Assembly: GCA_963726785.1 (NCBI GenBank)
Contig: CAVSDJ010000007.1
Span: forward strand, 2,169,248 to 2,209,247
Length of the DNA stretch: 40,000 nt
Origin: Blastocatellia bacterium
GTDB lineage: Bacteria > Acidobacteriota > Blastocatellia > UBA7656
Reading direction: 5' to 3'
Below the pieces are notes generated by a model that saw only the letters and a program-made list of their open reading frames with translations, was not told the origin of the DNA and did not search any database. The translations under genes were made by a program, and so were the position numbers. This document shows positions 1 to 10,096 of this stretch, piece after piece (the stretch's first letter is position 1; each line of letters starts with the position of its first letter).

Positions 1-1589
1 ACGCCGAGAGATTCATCGAAGAAGCAATCGAGAGCGTATTCGCTCAAAGCTATACTGAATGGGAATTGCTGCTTGTTGACGACGGCTCGACTGACAACAG
101 CACGCGGGTGGCGTTGCGATACGCAGAGCAGTATCCAAATAAAGCGCGTTATTTCGAGCACACAGATCACGAGAATTTGGGAATGAGCGTATCGCGCAAT
201 CTTGGCATAAGCAAAGCGCGGGGAGAGCTAATAGCATTTCTTGATGCTGACGACGTATGGATGCCCGAAAAGCTCGAAGAGCAGGTTGATATACTGAATT
301 CTAATCCTGACGCCGCGATGGTCTACGGCGCGACCGAGTACTGGTACAGTTGGACTGGTAACCCGACGGACGCGCTACGCGATTATATACCAGAGCCCGG
401 CGTGCGACCCGACCGGCTTGTTGCGCCGCCGACGCTCGTCAACAGTCTGTTGCGAGACCAGATTGCTATGGCTACCGGCTGCCTTGCGCGGCGCGAAATT
501 CTGCAAGAGGTCGGCGGTTATGAAGGAAGCTTTCGCGGAATGTTTGAAGATCAGGTCTTTCATTCAAAGGTCTGTCTGAAAGCGCCTGTATTCGTATCGA
601 GCAAGTGCTGGTACAAATACAGGAAACATCCCGATTCATGTTGTGCCGTAGCAGAAAGCACGGGTCAACATCATTCTGAAAGGCTCACTTTTTTGAACTG
701 GCTGGAAGCATATTTGTATCAGCAAGGCGTTGAAGACGCCGGGCTGCAACAAGCTATTAAGAGGGAGCGATGGAAGACGCGCCACCCGGTTTTGTCTCGT
801 TTGCCGGAACACACGAAATATCGGATAACGATCATGAAAGAAGGATTGAAATCAATAGCTCGGCACGCGCTGCCGATGCCGGTTTATGACTGGCTTCGCA
901 GTCGCCGTAATAAATCGCAAGATCGCTTGCCGTTTGGGCAGGTAGACTTAGGCAATCTGCGGCGACTGACTCCTGTCAGCAGTGTGTTTGGATTTGATCG
1001 AGGCACACCTGTTGATCGCTACTACATCGAAAACTTTCTCGCCGAAAACGGCGCTGACATCCGAGGCCGCGTATTGGAAGTTGGCGATGATTCTTACACG
1101 CGAAGATTCGGCGGCGACCGTGTTACTCAAAGAGATGTGTTGCATGTTTCAGAAGACAATCCGCAAGCTACCATCATAGCCGACCTCGCAAGCGCCGATC
1201 ACATTCCTTCCGATGCATTCGATTGCATAGTGCTGACGCAGACATTGCACCTGATCTACGATGTGCGAGCGGCCATTCGGACTTTGTATCGCATACTCAA
1301 ACCGGGCGGAGTTCTGTTGACGACATTTCCGGGCATCACACAGATTGATCATTTCGATTGGAATGGTTCCTGGTATTGGGCGTTTACTGCGTTGTCAGCC
1401 AAACGGATGTTCGGAGAAGTTTTTCCGGCTGCAAATTTCAAAGTCGAAACGCATGGGAACGTGCTCGCATCAATCGCATTTCTGCACGGGCTTGCTTTTG
1501 AAGAACTGCGCGCCGAAGAGCTTGATTATAACGACCCGGATTATCAAGTCATCATCGCGGTCAGAGCTACGAAGGAGGCCGCATTATGA
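1..1589 (+). CDS. Glycosyltransferase family 2 fused to a class I SAM-dependent methyltransferase-like domain (5' end lies outside window)
   Basis: Reading frame is open from the window edge (AERFIEEAIESVFAQSYTEWELLLVDDGSTD, then FLDADD, typical GT2). C-terminal half has VLEVGDD...ILKPGGVLL methyltransferase-like motifs. TGA stop overlaps next start (ATGA). Confidence 0.8.
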   Translation, partial: AERFIEEAIESVFAQSYTEWELLLVDDGSTDNSTRVALRYAEQYPNKARYFEHTDHENLGMSVSRNLGISKARGELIAFLDADDVWMPEKLEEQVDILNSNPDAAMVYGATEYWYSWTGNPTDALRDYIPEPGVRPDRLVAPPTLVNSLLRDQIAMATGCLARREILQEVGGYEGSFRGMFEDQVFHSKVCLKAPVFVSSKCWYKYRKHPDSCCAVAESTGQHHSERLTFLNWLEAYLYQQGVEDAGLQQAIKRERWKTRHPVLSRLPEHTKYRITIMKEGLKSIARHALPMPVYDWLRSRRNKSQDRLPFGQVDLGNLRRLTPVSSVFGFDRGTPVDRYYIENFLAENGADIRGRVLEVGDDSYTRRFGGDRVTQRDVLHVSEDNPQATIIADLASADHIPSDAFDCIVLTQTLHLIYDVRAAIRTLYRILKPGGVLLTTFPGITQIDHFDWNGSWYWAFTALSAKRMFGEVFPAANFKVETHGNVLASIAFLHGLAFEELRAEELDYNDPDYQVIIAVRATKEAAL

Positions 1590-2632
1590 GTGCGCCGATT
1601 CTGAAAAAGATACGAAGCGCTGGCGCAAGAATCAAAAGACGCCTCTCAAGGCGCTCGCTCATATTGCTTTACCACCGCATAGCAGAGACGGATTCAGACC
1701 CTTGGCAGTTGGCCGTTACACCGCAGCATTTCGCCGAGCACCTTCAAGTCTTGAGTGAATATGATCGCTCGATGCCTCTTCAGAAATTGTCGGCTGCCAT
1801 GCGAAATGGGACTCTTCCGCGCCGCGCCGTGAGTGTGACTTTTGATGACGGATATGCCGACAATCTGCTTAATGCGAAACCTCTGCTGGAAAAGCACGAT
1901 GTTCCGGCGACCGTGTTCGTGACGACGGGCTACACGGGAGAGGGTCGCGAGTTCTGGTGGGACGAACTGGATAGATTATTTCTGCAGCCGGGCCGATTGC
2001 CCGACACTCTTCGTTTAAGCGTGCAGGGAAACAACTACAATTGGGAGTTGGGCGAAGCGGCTGACTATCAGGAAACGTTTTATCATCGCAATCAAGGGTG
2101 GAGAGCATGGCAAGAGGCTGATCCGACTGCTCGCCAGTCGGTCTATCGCTCGCTCTGGCAGTTGATGCATCCGATGCCGGAAAGCGAGCGGCAACCGCTC
2201 AGAGCCGAACTGCTGGCATGGGCAGGCGCTGCCCCGTCAGCCAGGCCGACTCACCGCGCGCTCTCGCGCGAAGAGATACGCGAGCTTGCGCGAGGAGGGC
2301 TGATTGAAGTCGGGTGCCACACGGTGACGCACCCGCAACTTTCCGCGCTTTCGCGGGCCTCGCAGTGGGATGAGCTGCGCCAAAGTAAGTCTGACCTTGA
2401 AGAGATATTGGGAAACCCTGTGACCAGCTTCGCCTACCCATATGGACAGAAGCGCGATTACACTAGCGAAACGGTTGAGCTGGTTCGCAAGGCAGGTTTC
2501 GATTGCGCCTGCACTACTTCAGTCGGAGTTGTCGCCCGCCGCGCCGACCGCTTTCAGTTACCTCGCGCACAGGTGCAGGACATGGACGGAGAATCATTCG
2601 CCCGATTCTTATCCGAATCGATTGGCGATTGA
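1586..2632 (+). CDS. Polysaccharide deacetylase (NodB homology domain)
   Basis: 348 aa ORF with VTFDDGYADN and CHTVTHPQLS motifs characteristic of NodB-type deacetylases. Translationally coupled to upstream gene. Confidence 0.8.
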   Translation: MSAPILKKIRSAGARIKRRLSRRSLILLYHRIAETDSDPWQLAVTPQHFAEHLQVLSEYDRSMPLQKLSAAMRNGTLPRRAVSVTFDDGYADNLLNAKPLLEKHDVPATVFVTTGYTGEGREFWWDELDRLFLQPGRLPDTLRLSVQGNNYNWELGEAADYQETFYHRNQGWRAWQEADPTARQSVYRSLWQLMHPMPESERQPLRAELLAWAGAAPSARPTHRALSREEIRELARGGLIEVGCHTVTHPQLSALSRASQWDELRQSKSDLEEILGNPVTSFAYPYGQKRDYTSETVELVRKAGFDCACTTSVGVVARRADRFQLPRAQVQDMDGESFARFLSESIGD

Positions 2633-2645
2633 GCGACTCTGACAG

Positions 2646-3884
2646 ATGCGAATACTGGTCGTCTCAAATTATTATCCGCCTCACTTCATAGGCGGTTACG
2701 AACTCGGCTGCAGGGATGTTGTCGAAGCGCTCAAATCTCGCGGGCATCAGGTCAGGGTTCTAACCAGCACTTACGGCGTAAACCGCGCGGAGCATTCCGA
2801 TTCCGTATACAGGTGGTTGGAAACAGACCTTGCGCTCGACATCAAAGACTCTTCCGAAGATTTGATCAAGGTCGTTAAGAAAGAATCAATCAACCAGCGA
2901 GCTTTCAATCGCATTTCTCGCGAATTTTTACCGGACGTGGTTTATGTGTGGAATGCGACTCACATCTCCATATCAATCGCCATCAAAGCTCAGCAGGTAG
3001 GGCTTGCGGTCTGTTATTTCATTTCCGACCATTGGCTGGCTCGATGGGAGAGTGACGCTTTGTATTCGATCAAGCATCGCTCTCCGCGCAGGTTCCATCG
3101 GCGGCTGATCTGGAAGACGCTCAAATCTTTGCTGAACGCTTCAGGGATTCTGCCGCGCGTTGACTTGGATTTGAGCCGCGTTCAGTTCGCCAGCCATTTT
3201 CTCAAGCGAGCCGCTTTAGAGGCTGACAGGCCCGTACAAAATGCAGAGGTGATTCATTGGGGGGTCGATGTAAACCGGTTCCCCTTTAATGAGACGGCGC
3301 ATAATCCGAGGCGGCTTTTGTACGTCGGGCAGGTCACATTGCTCAAAGGTGTACAGACGGTTGTCGAAGCGCTCAAGCTGATAGTCGAGCAGCCGTATTA
3401 TCGTTCGACGACGCTGACAATTGTCGGTGGCCCGGATTACGATAACCGAATTCACAAGCTCGTTTCTTCGCTCGGCCTTGAAGATAACGTCCGATTTACC
3501 GGGCTGATTCCGCGCGATCAACTTCCGGCCATCTATCGAGAGCACGACATACTCTTATTCCCATCAATCTGGGATGAGCCGTTCAGCATAACGCTGCTTG
3601 AAGCGATGTCATCCGGGTTAGCCGTTGTGGGAACAAACACGGGTGGCAGTTCTGAAATCCTTAAAGACGAGATCAATGCATTGGTCTTTGCGAAAGAGGA
3701 TGCAGAAGCTTGCGCCGGTCAAATAGCGCGACTCATTAAAGACGCAGAGCTTTTTGAACGAGTCAGGCGAAACGGGCGACGCACGGTTGAAGAGAATTTC
3801 AGGCTTGAAGCGATGGTGAATAGAATTGATCTTTCATTAAAGAAGCAGGCCGGATTAAGAGAAAGCGCCTCGGTTGAACCATGA
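2646..3884 (+). CDS. Glycosyltransferase, GT4/GT-B family
   Basis: 412 aa. N-terminal MRILVVSNYYPP and C-terminal EPFSITLLEAMSSGLAVVGTNTGG typical of GT4 enzymes. Confidence 0.8.
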   Translation: MRILVVSNYYPPHFIGGYELGCRDVVEALKSRGHQVRVLTSTYGVNRAEHSDSVYRWLETDLALDIKDSSEDLIKVVKKESINQRAFNRISREFLPDVVYVWNATHISISIAIKAQQVGLAVCYFISDHWLARWESDALYSIKHRSPRRFHRRLIWKTLKSLLNASGILPRVDLDLSRVQFASHFLKRAALEADRPVQNAEVIHWGVDVNRFPFNETAHNPRRLLYVGQVTLLKGVQTVVEALKLIVEQPYYRSTTLTIVGGPDYDNRIHKLVSSLGLEDNVRFTGLIPRDQLPAIYREHDILLFPSIWDEPFSITLLEAMSSGLAVVGTNTGGSSEILKDEINALVFAKEDAEACAGQIARLIKDAELFERVRRNGRRTVEENFRLEAMVNRIDLSLKKQAGLRESASVEP

Positions 3885-5092
3885 AAGTGGGAATCTACAA
3901 CGAGCCGTCGGGTGGCGGCATAGGCGGCTCTGAAATCTCAGTCGCTGTGCTGGCAGAAGCGCTGTCCGGTCAGCATAAGGTGGAGATCATCCACCACAAG
4001 CCGTATATGACCCTTGATCGGCTTGCTGAGATTTCCGATGCCGATTTGAGCAAGGTGCGGATGCGCTATGTCGAGGTCGAGCCTTATTCGTTTGGCAGCG
4101 CACGAACGGTGTGGCGGCGTTACAAAGAAGCGCAAGCGTGGCATGCGGCCTTGAGCGAACCTTATGACCTCTTCATCAACTTCACGCACGGTTTTCCGCC
4201 TTTTTGTCACGCGCGTTGCGGGATGCTCGTTGTCTTATTTCCTTTTCACAACCGCCCTCACGCAAAGCCGCGCACGCCTCTGTGGAACTATCTGAAGTCT
4301 TTTTATCATGAATGGGAATGGCAAGAGCGATTAAGCACTTATCAAATCAAGACGACCATCTCCGAGTTCTCGCGCCTGTGGACAAAACGCCGATGGGGAA
4401 TTGACAGCGAAATCGTTTACCCGCCGGTTGACACTCGTTTTCAGCCCGGAAATAAGAAGAACTACATTCTGAGCGTCGGGCGATTCACGGCAACAGGTCA
4501 CTCGAAGAAGCAATTGGATATGGTAACAGCCTTTGACCAGTTGCAAACTGCTGCTCGCTCGGGCTGGGAGTACTTCTCGGTCGGAGGAGTCAGCGATGCT
4601 ACTGAGGATATAGCATACTTCGAGAGCGTGAGCCGCAAGGCGCTTGACCCGAAAACGCAGGTAATTGCCAACATCGAGCATAACCGCCTGAAAGACCTCT
4701 ACGAACGATCCAAGATATTTTGGCACGCCGCAGGGTACGGCGAAGGCGACGAGCGACCGGAGCTTTCAGAGCATTTCGGGATAGCGACGGTCGAGGCTAT
4801 GTCGGCTGGATGCGTGCCTCTGGTCATCAATAAAGGCGGGCAGCCGGAAACTGTTCAGCACGGGATCAGCGGATTCGTCTGGGAAAATCTCGGAGAGCTG
4901 AAAATGTATACGGAGATGGTGATTAGAGACGAGCACATGCGCGCCCGTCTGGCAGAGGCCGCCCGCACCCGCGCCGCTTTTTTCAGCCGGGAACAATTCA
5001 TCAATCGCTTTTTGAGACTCATTAATGAATTGAAGCCGTTAAATAAAAAACATCAGGCAAATAAAATTGTTGAAATATCAAATGACTTATGA
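3881..5092 (+). CDS. Glycosyltransferase, GT4/GT-B family
   Basis: 403 aa. EHFGIATVEAMSAGCVPLVINKGGQPE motif. Start overlaps previous stop (ATGA). Confidence 0.75.
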   Translation: MKVGIYNEPSGGGIGGSEISVAVLAEALSGQHKVEIIHHKPYMTLDRLAEISDADLSKVRMRYVEVEPYSFGSARTVWRRYKEAQAWHAALSEPYDLFINFTHGFPPFCHARCGMLVVLFPFHNRPHAKPRTPLWNYLKSFYHEWEWQERLSTYQIKTTISEFSRLWTKRRWGIDSEIVYPPVDTRFQPGNKKNYILSVGRFTATGHSKKQLDMVTAFDQLQTAARSGWEYFSVGGVSDATEDIAYFESVSRKALDPKTQVIANIEHNRLKDLYERSKIFWHAAGYGEGDERPELSEHFGIATVEAMSAGCVPLVINKGGQPETVQHGISGFVWENLGELKMYTEMVIRDEHMRARLAEAARTRAAFFSREQFINRFLRLINELKPLNKKHQANKIVEISNDL

Positions 5093-5172
5093 GTATTGGA
5101 AGTAGAGAGGATTGCTGCGGGGATCGTGAAATTATGAGGTCAACATACTTAACGAAATAGCAATTTGACTCG

Positions 5173-6891
5173 ATGAAAAGGGAGTCGCACTCGCCGCAGC
5201 CGACACTGCCGACTGCAGATTTTGCAATGAACAACATGTCTTTGACTGAATCAAAAGGATCAGCTACGGCTTTTGCAAAAGAGAGACCGAATCTATGGGA
5301 CTTGCAGTCAATTTCAAGCGTCCTCTATCCCAGGTTTACCATATTAGATCTGCTTGATCAGTCAGAGGACGGCGCGATTTTCCTGGCTCAGGATGAGAGT
5401 GCCAGGTCCGAGGGTCGCGATCTTATAGTCAAGCTAAAGGTACTGTCGGAGCAGGCTCGGCTTGATCGAAAGAAGCTGGAGTTGTTTTATCTCGAAACTC
5501 GCGCGGCGGCAAAACTATCGCATAAGAACATTATAAAGACCTGGGAAGCAGAGCAGATCGGAAATATTCACTTCTGCAAGATTGAGCACAAGCCTGACTG
5601 CGAAAGCCTGCGCAGCCTGCTTGAACTCAAGGCATGGCTGGATACGCAACTTGCGGCGGCCATCACTCTGCAAATCGCCGAAGCTCTCGATTACGCTTAC
5701 AGGCAAGGCGTGATGCATTTGAGGTTGCAACCGGAGAGCATCCTTATTGACCCGGAAGGCACCGCGCTTATTACGGACTTCGGCATCGAAAAGCGCAATG
5801 AATTGAGATGGGCGCATCAGGAACGAGCGCGGAGCATGCCCGCGTTTTATTGCAGCCCTGAACAGGCAAACGGTCAGGATGTTGACGTGCACAGTGACCT
5901 TTATTCTCTGGGCATCATTTTGTATGAAATGCTGACAGACCGCGTGCCTTTCGATTATCAAAATCCCGACGTCGTCCTGCACAAACACAGAACTCAAATG
6001 CCTGAGCCCCCCTATGTATTCCGCTCAGACTTGCCCGCTCCCGTATCAGCAGTTGTGATGAGCCTGCTTGAGAAGCAGCCAATTAAACGTCCTCAACTCC
6101 CTGCGAATTTGCAAGCCGCGTTAAATGGAATTATTCAGAAGCAGAAAATCAGCCCCGATGTGCCTATATTAGAACTGGAAATTGATGATGGAATGATTTC
6201 CGGCGCGGTCGTTGATGAAGACAAAAAGGTCAGCGAACCGCCTCGCCTCGAATCCGATTTATCACACTCTGAAGGAAATGAGCCCCTGATTGGATGGGAC
6301 GATTTTGCACACGCGGAAGATGCCTTGATCTTAGAGCCTGTCGCGCGCGAGCAAATTGAATCAAGCGTAGCACGACGTGAACGATTTGAACCGCCTACGA
6401 TAACCGTTATCGAGCCGCCTCTGCATGAATTAATTGAGCATAGCCCCACGGCTGAAACCACTGCGAAGGTAATTGCCAGCCAACAAGAGAGTCCACGGTC
6501 TGCTCCGGCAGAGATGCGGACGAAATTGTTTCTCGGCTTATTAATTATCATCGTCGCAGCCCTGGCGCTAACCCTGTTTGAGCCTGCCATATCGTTCCGC
6601 AGTCAGGGGCCGACAAATTCCCCGCAGGAAGAAGCGACAAAAGAAGGCTCGACGGAAGCCGTGCAACCTGCAAAGCCAGCTTTAAACAGTGTTGAAGACC
6701 GCGCGCCGCTCGACGACAAAGTAGGCTCTACTCGTTCCGATAAGATACGAACTTCGAGTCGCGTTCAGGGACGCGCTGCGCTGCGTTATTCCAGGCAAAA
6801 ACCGATAGTTCGCGCTACGCCGCGTAGATTCAAGAGCAACACCGCCGCACGCGCTGCAAAGCGCGCCCGAATACGCGCTCGTTATAACTGA
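5173..6891 (+). CDS. Membrane-anchored Hanks-type Ser/Thr kinase homologue with degenerate catalytic loop (predicted pseudokinase)
   Basis: 572 aa. Kinase subdomains are recognisable (VKLK, DFG, SPEQ, DLYSLGIILYEML) but the catalytic loop reads HLRLQPES. One TM helix (LFLGLLIIIVAALALTLF) and a basic C-terminal tail. Start could also be the ATG at 5227. Confidence 0.7.
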   Translation: MKRESHSPQPTLPTADFAMNNMSLTESKGSATAFAKERPNLWDLQSISSVLYPRFTILDLLDQSEDGAIFLAQDESARSEGRDLIVKLKVLSEQARLDRKKLELFYLETRAAAKLSHKNIIKTWEAEQIGNIHFCKIEHKPDCESLRSLLELKAWLDTQLAAAITLQIAEALDYAYRQGVMHLRLQPESILIDPEGTALITDFGIEKRNELRWAHQERARSMPAFYCSPEQANGQDVDVHSDLYSLGIILYEMLTDRVPFDYQNPDVVLHKHRTQMPEPPYVFRSDLPAPVSAVVMSLLEKQPIKRPQLPANLQAALNGIIQKQKISPDVPILELEIDDGMISGAVVDEDKKVSEPPRLESDLSHSEGNEPLIGWDDFAHAEDALILEPVAREQIESSVARRERFEPPTITVIEPPLHELIEHSPTAETTAKVIASQQESPRSAPAEMRTKLFLGLLIIIVAALALTLFEPAISFRSQGPTNSPQEEATKEGSTEAVQPAKPALNSVEDRAPLDDKVGSTRSDKIRTSSRVQGRAALRYSRQKPIVRATPRRFKSNTAARAAKRARIRARYN

Positions 6892-6925
6892 AAGATTACA
6901 ACCGCTTGAACACGGAGATAATTGA

Positions 6926-7822
6926 ATGTACAGAGATTTCTATGGATTCAAAGAAATACCTTTTGGCTTGACGCCGAATCCCAAATATATTTTCAAGACG
7001 GACAGCTATCTTGAGGTAACGGCAAATCTGAGATACTGCATAAGCCATTACAAGGGTCTTGTAGTCGTGACGGGCGAAGTAGGCACGGGAAAGACAACCA
7101 CTCTGCGTTCGATGATGCAGCATCTTGGGCATGAAATTCTGGCCGTGTATATGGTAAATCCATATCTTTCCATATCTGAATTCTACGAACTATTGATCTC
7201 CGATTTAAGGCTGGGCCTTTCACCTACCTCGTCAAAGACGCAGATACTGTCGGCGCTGGCTTGCTTTCTTTCACATCGCCATACAAGAGGGCTGCGAACA
7301 GTCCTGATCGCTGACGAAGCGCATGGCCTTTCACCGTCTGTGCTTGAAGAGATTCGACTGCTCGCGAATCTGGAAACGAACACCGAGAAACTTTTGCAGG
7401 TAATCCTTTGCGGCCAGCCTGAGCTGCGCGAAACATTGAATCAACCAAATCTCAGACAGCTAAAACAGAGGATTTCATTGCGCTGCTCGATAAAGCCGTT
7501 AACTATGGTCGAAGTGATAAAGTACATTCGGTTTCGCTTGAAAACAGCGGGAGCGGACAGGATGGATATCTTTGATACAAACGCGCTCGATTTGATCGGT
7601 CGAGTATCGCTCGGCATACCTCGCGTGATCAATAATATTTGCGACAACGCTTTGCTTATGGGCTATGCTGACGGACATAAAACAATCTCTAGCGACATCA
7701 TAGAGGAAGTGATCGTCGCGCTCGACATCACTCCGAATGAGACTACGTCAACCGACCCGGCAGATTTTAATATGTGGGGGACGTCGCTACATCGCACAGT
7801 CGTTGATGGCTCGCAAAACTGA
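6926..7822 (+). CDS. ExeA-like AAA ATPase (type seen in PEP-CTERM/EPS loci)
   Basis: 298 aa. N-terminus MYRDFYGFKEIPFGLTPNPKYIF, Walker A GEVGTGKT, Walker B VLIADEAH, matching my recollection of ExeA / PEP-CTERM-locus secretion ATPases. Confidence 0.7.
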   Translation: MYRDFYGFKEIPFGLTPNPKYIFKTDSYLEVTANLRYCISHYKGLVVVTGEVGTGKTTTLRSMMQHLGHEILAVYMVNPYLSISEFYELLISDLRLGLSPTSSKTQILSALACFLSHRHTRGLRTVLIADEAHGLSPSVLEEIRLLANLETNTEKLLQVILCGQPELRETLNQPNLRQLKQRISLRCSIKPLTMVEVIKYIRFRLKTAGADRMDIFDTNALDLIGRVSLGIPRVINNICDNALLMGYADGHKTISSDIIEEVIVALDITPNETTSTDPADFNMWGTSLHRTVVDGSQN

Positions 7823-8232
7823 CCTGTTGATGGGTTGGTTATGCAAACATAAAGAATTCATTTCTCTGCCTGAGCGTGCTCAGTTGTTATCTTCTGACAA
7901 TTGAGATCATGTTTTCTTCCCTTGAAATTAATAAATCATAAATTCTTTTCCGATTAATCCTGTCATTCTACCGTTTACACGGCTCCGTGCGTAGGATGGC
8001 TCTAAAATACATCTCTGGACGGGAAAAAATTCTGTAAATTTGGCGTTAGGGCAACCCATTTGCATAGTAAATGGCCGCCACACGAACAGGTTGAAAAAGA
8101 GCCGAGTGTCGTAATGAAATTGAATTACCAGCAAAATAGCCGGACGCACAATCAAGGATTAAATAAAGTTATGAGACACCTCATAGAGTCTTTGTCTCAT
8201 TAATGCACTCGGGTGAGTGGGAGGAATAGGCT

Positions 8233-9471
8233 GTGACAATAAAAGATCGTAGTTGGCTAGATGTATTACGCAACAATGACACGGAAACATTATGGAGCAA
8301 ATTATTCAATCTGCTTTCAAGACATTCAGCCGTTAGATTGCTGTACCCGCAAAAAGAACTCTCAAGCGACAACAAATGGGATATCTATAGCGACCTGACT
8401 CAAGGGCTATTCCTGCGCTTGCTAGAGAAAGACAGGTGGCAGCATTACCTTGATCTTGGCTATTCGGACGACAGGGTAGAGCAGGAGCTTTTCCGAATCG
8501 AAGTACCCAACTTCGTCTCAGAGCTTCAACGCGAGCGGTATCCCGAATCGTATCGTTTAGCTCGCCGCATCAGCGACCTGATAAAGACGCGAGCAGAGTT
8601 TCGATATTATCCCAATCAAGCTTGGTCTTCGACCAACGCAAAGGCGTCTGGCATGCCTCGCGTCACCAACAAGATGGTGCTGAAAGTTTATGGATTGACT
8701 TGCTGGCCCGCTGGCAAAGAGGTAAAGCGCAACGCCAACCTCGAACACCTTGTCAGAGAGGTTGCTGTCAGGACTCGCGATACGAGGCGAACAGGGCGGG
8801 GAAGCGGCTCGCAGGTCATCATCTCTAATGAGGAGTTGACGCAGCTAATAGTTGATATATTTACCGCCGTAGATACTCCATTGACGGTGCGAATGATTCG
8901 GGGATTCGTTATGTCGAAGCTGATGATCGAAGACTGCTGGTTTATCTCCTTAGATGCTGAGTTGACCTCTGCATCAGAGCACGCCACAGAGCCGCAGAGA
9001 GTAGACCTGCCCGACAAGCGCCCCACGCCTTTGGATTCGCTTCTGGCCAAAGAGATGAAACAACAGATTGAAAACGTTGTCGAATCCCTTTTGAACAAAA
9101 TGCGCGAAGCCGTCAGGTTTAAGACGATCAGATACTTTAAGCTGATTGACGTGGTGTGGCACTGCTACTTCAATCCCGCATCGCCCTCACAAACGAAGAT
9201 AGCGAGGCTTATGGGAATATCGGATTCTCTGGTCAGCCACTATCGGAACATCTTTGATGATCTGATCCGGGGTTTGCCACTGAGCGTTGATGAGTTCATT
9301 CACCTCAACACCGTGCTCGGCAATCGATTGACGACCCTTAAGTCCGAGATGATGGTAACAGCTAAGTCCAAGTCGAAAATTGGCGAAGAAAAAACGATTG
9401 AGCTTGATGCTCAATTCGCTTCCGCGAAAAGCGCAAGAGCTTTCAGTGTTGCCGCGTCGGGCAGCTCTTAA
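8233..9471 (+). CDS. Hypothetical protein, possible C-terminal helix-turn-helix
   Basis: 412 aa uninterrupted ORF after a 400 bp AT-rich intergenic region. C-terminal SQTKIARLMGISDSLVSHYRNIF resembles an HTH. No family recognised. Confidence 0.5.
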   Translation: MTIKDRSWLDVLRNNDTETLWSKLFNLLSRHSAVRLLYPQKELSSDNKWDIYSDLTQGLFLRLLEKDRWQHYLDLGYSDDRVEQELFRIEVPNFVSELQRERYPESYRLARRISDLIKTRAEFRYYPNQAWSSTNAKASGMPRVTNKMVLKVYGLTCWPAGKEVKRNANLEHLVREVAVRTRDTRRTGRGSGSQVIISNEELTQLIVDIFTAVDTPLTVRMIRGFVMSKLMIEDCWFISLDAELTSASEHATEPQRVDLPDKRPTPLDSLLAKEMKQQIENVVESLLNKMREAVRFKTIRYFKLIDVVWHCYFNPASPSQTKIARLMGISDSLVSHYRNIFDDLIRGLPLSVDEFIHLNTVLGNRLTTLKSEMMVTAKSKSKIGEEKTIELDAQFASAKSARAFSVAASGSS

Positions 9472-9523
9472 TATGAGTGATTGGTCAGCGGAAGCCTTGA
9501 GGAACCCCCCTGGCGCGACCAAA

Positions 9524-9808
9524 TCAACTCGGCGATCTTTTCGTAGTATTAGCTGCCCGTGCGCTTTTTCGGGCAGGTTTAACTTTGGCTATCTCAGGAT
9601 TCTCATTGCTTTGCAAATCCTTTATCTGTTTTGCGACCGCATTCTTAAATCGTTCGTCTTGAGTCATCCACTTGTTGACTTCTGAGGATTTTATTCTCAA
9701 CACAAGTGCGGCATATCTGGCCGTGCAGCCCGAAGCAATGAGTTTGATAGCATCAAGTTGTATATCAGATAGCTCACTTCCCGAGGGACAATCAGGCTGT
9801 CTTCTCAT
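9524..9808 (-). CDS. Small hypothetical protein with HTH-like segment
   Basis: 94 aa ORF, ATG start. LSDIQLDAIKLIASGCTARYAALVLRIKSSEVNKW resembles a DNA-binding HTH. Basic C-terminal tail. Confidence 0.45.
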   Translation of the reverse strand: MRRQPDCPSGSELSDIQLDAIKLIASGCTARYAALVLRIKSSEVNKWMTQDERFKNAVAKQIKDLQSNENPEIAKVKPARKSARAANTTKRSPS

Positions 9809-9941
9809 TTATGCTCCTTTAGGGGATGATCTAGAGTTTTTACACTGACCAAGCTTCATTGTCAACAAACAGCCTATTGCGTCCAGGGTCTATACATTCT
9901 CGGCGCAGAGCCATTAAGTTCTAAAATCAGAAACCTGAAGA

Positions 9942-10036
9942 TTCACCGCAGAGACGCAGAGGACGCAGAGGCGGCGCAGAGTTTATGATAGTTTTTCTCT
10001 GCGTAATCTCTGTGTCCTCTGCGTCTCTGCGGTGAA
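9942..10036. repeat. 95 bp composite palindrome built from CGCAGAG-type units (REP/MITE-like element)
   Basis: 40 nt arms at 9942-9981 and 9997-10036. The outer 23 bp are perfectly complementary (ttcaccgcagagacgcagaggac / gtcctctgcgtctctgcggtgaa). GCAGAG occurs 4 times per arm. Confidence 0.8.
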
Positions 10037-10096
10037 CAGGCTTCTTTTTCACAGAACTATAGAAAATGAATAGACACTGCTGTTGCGTCCTGACCG

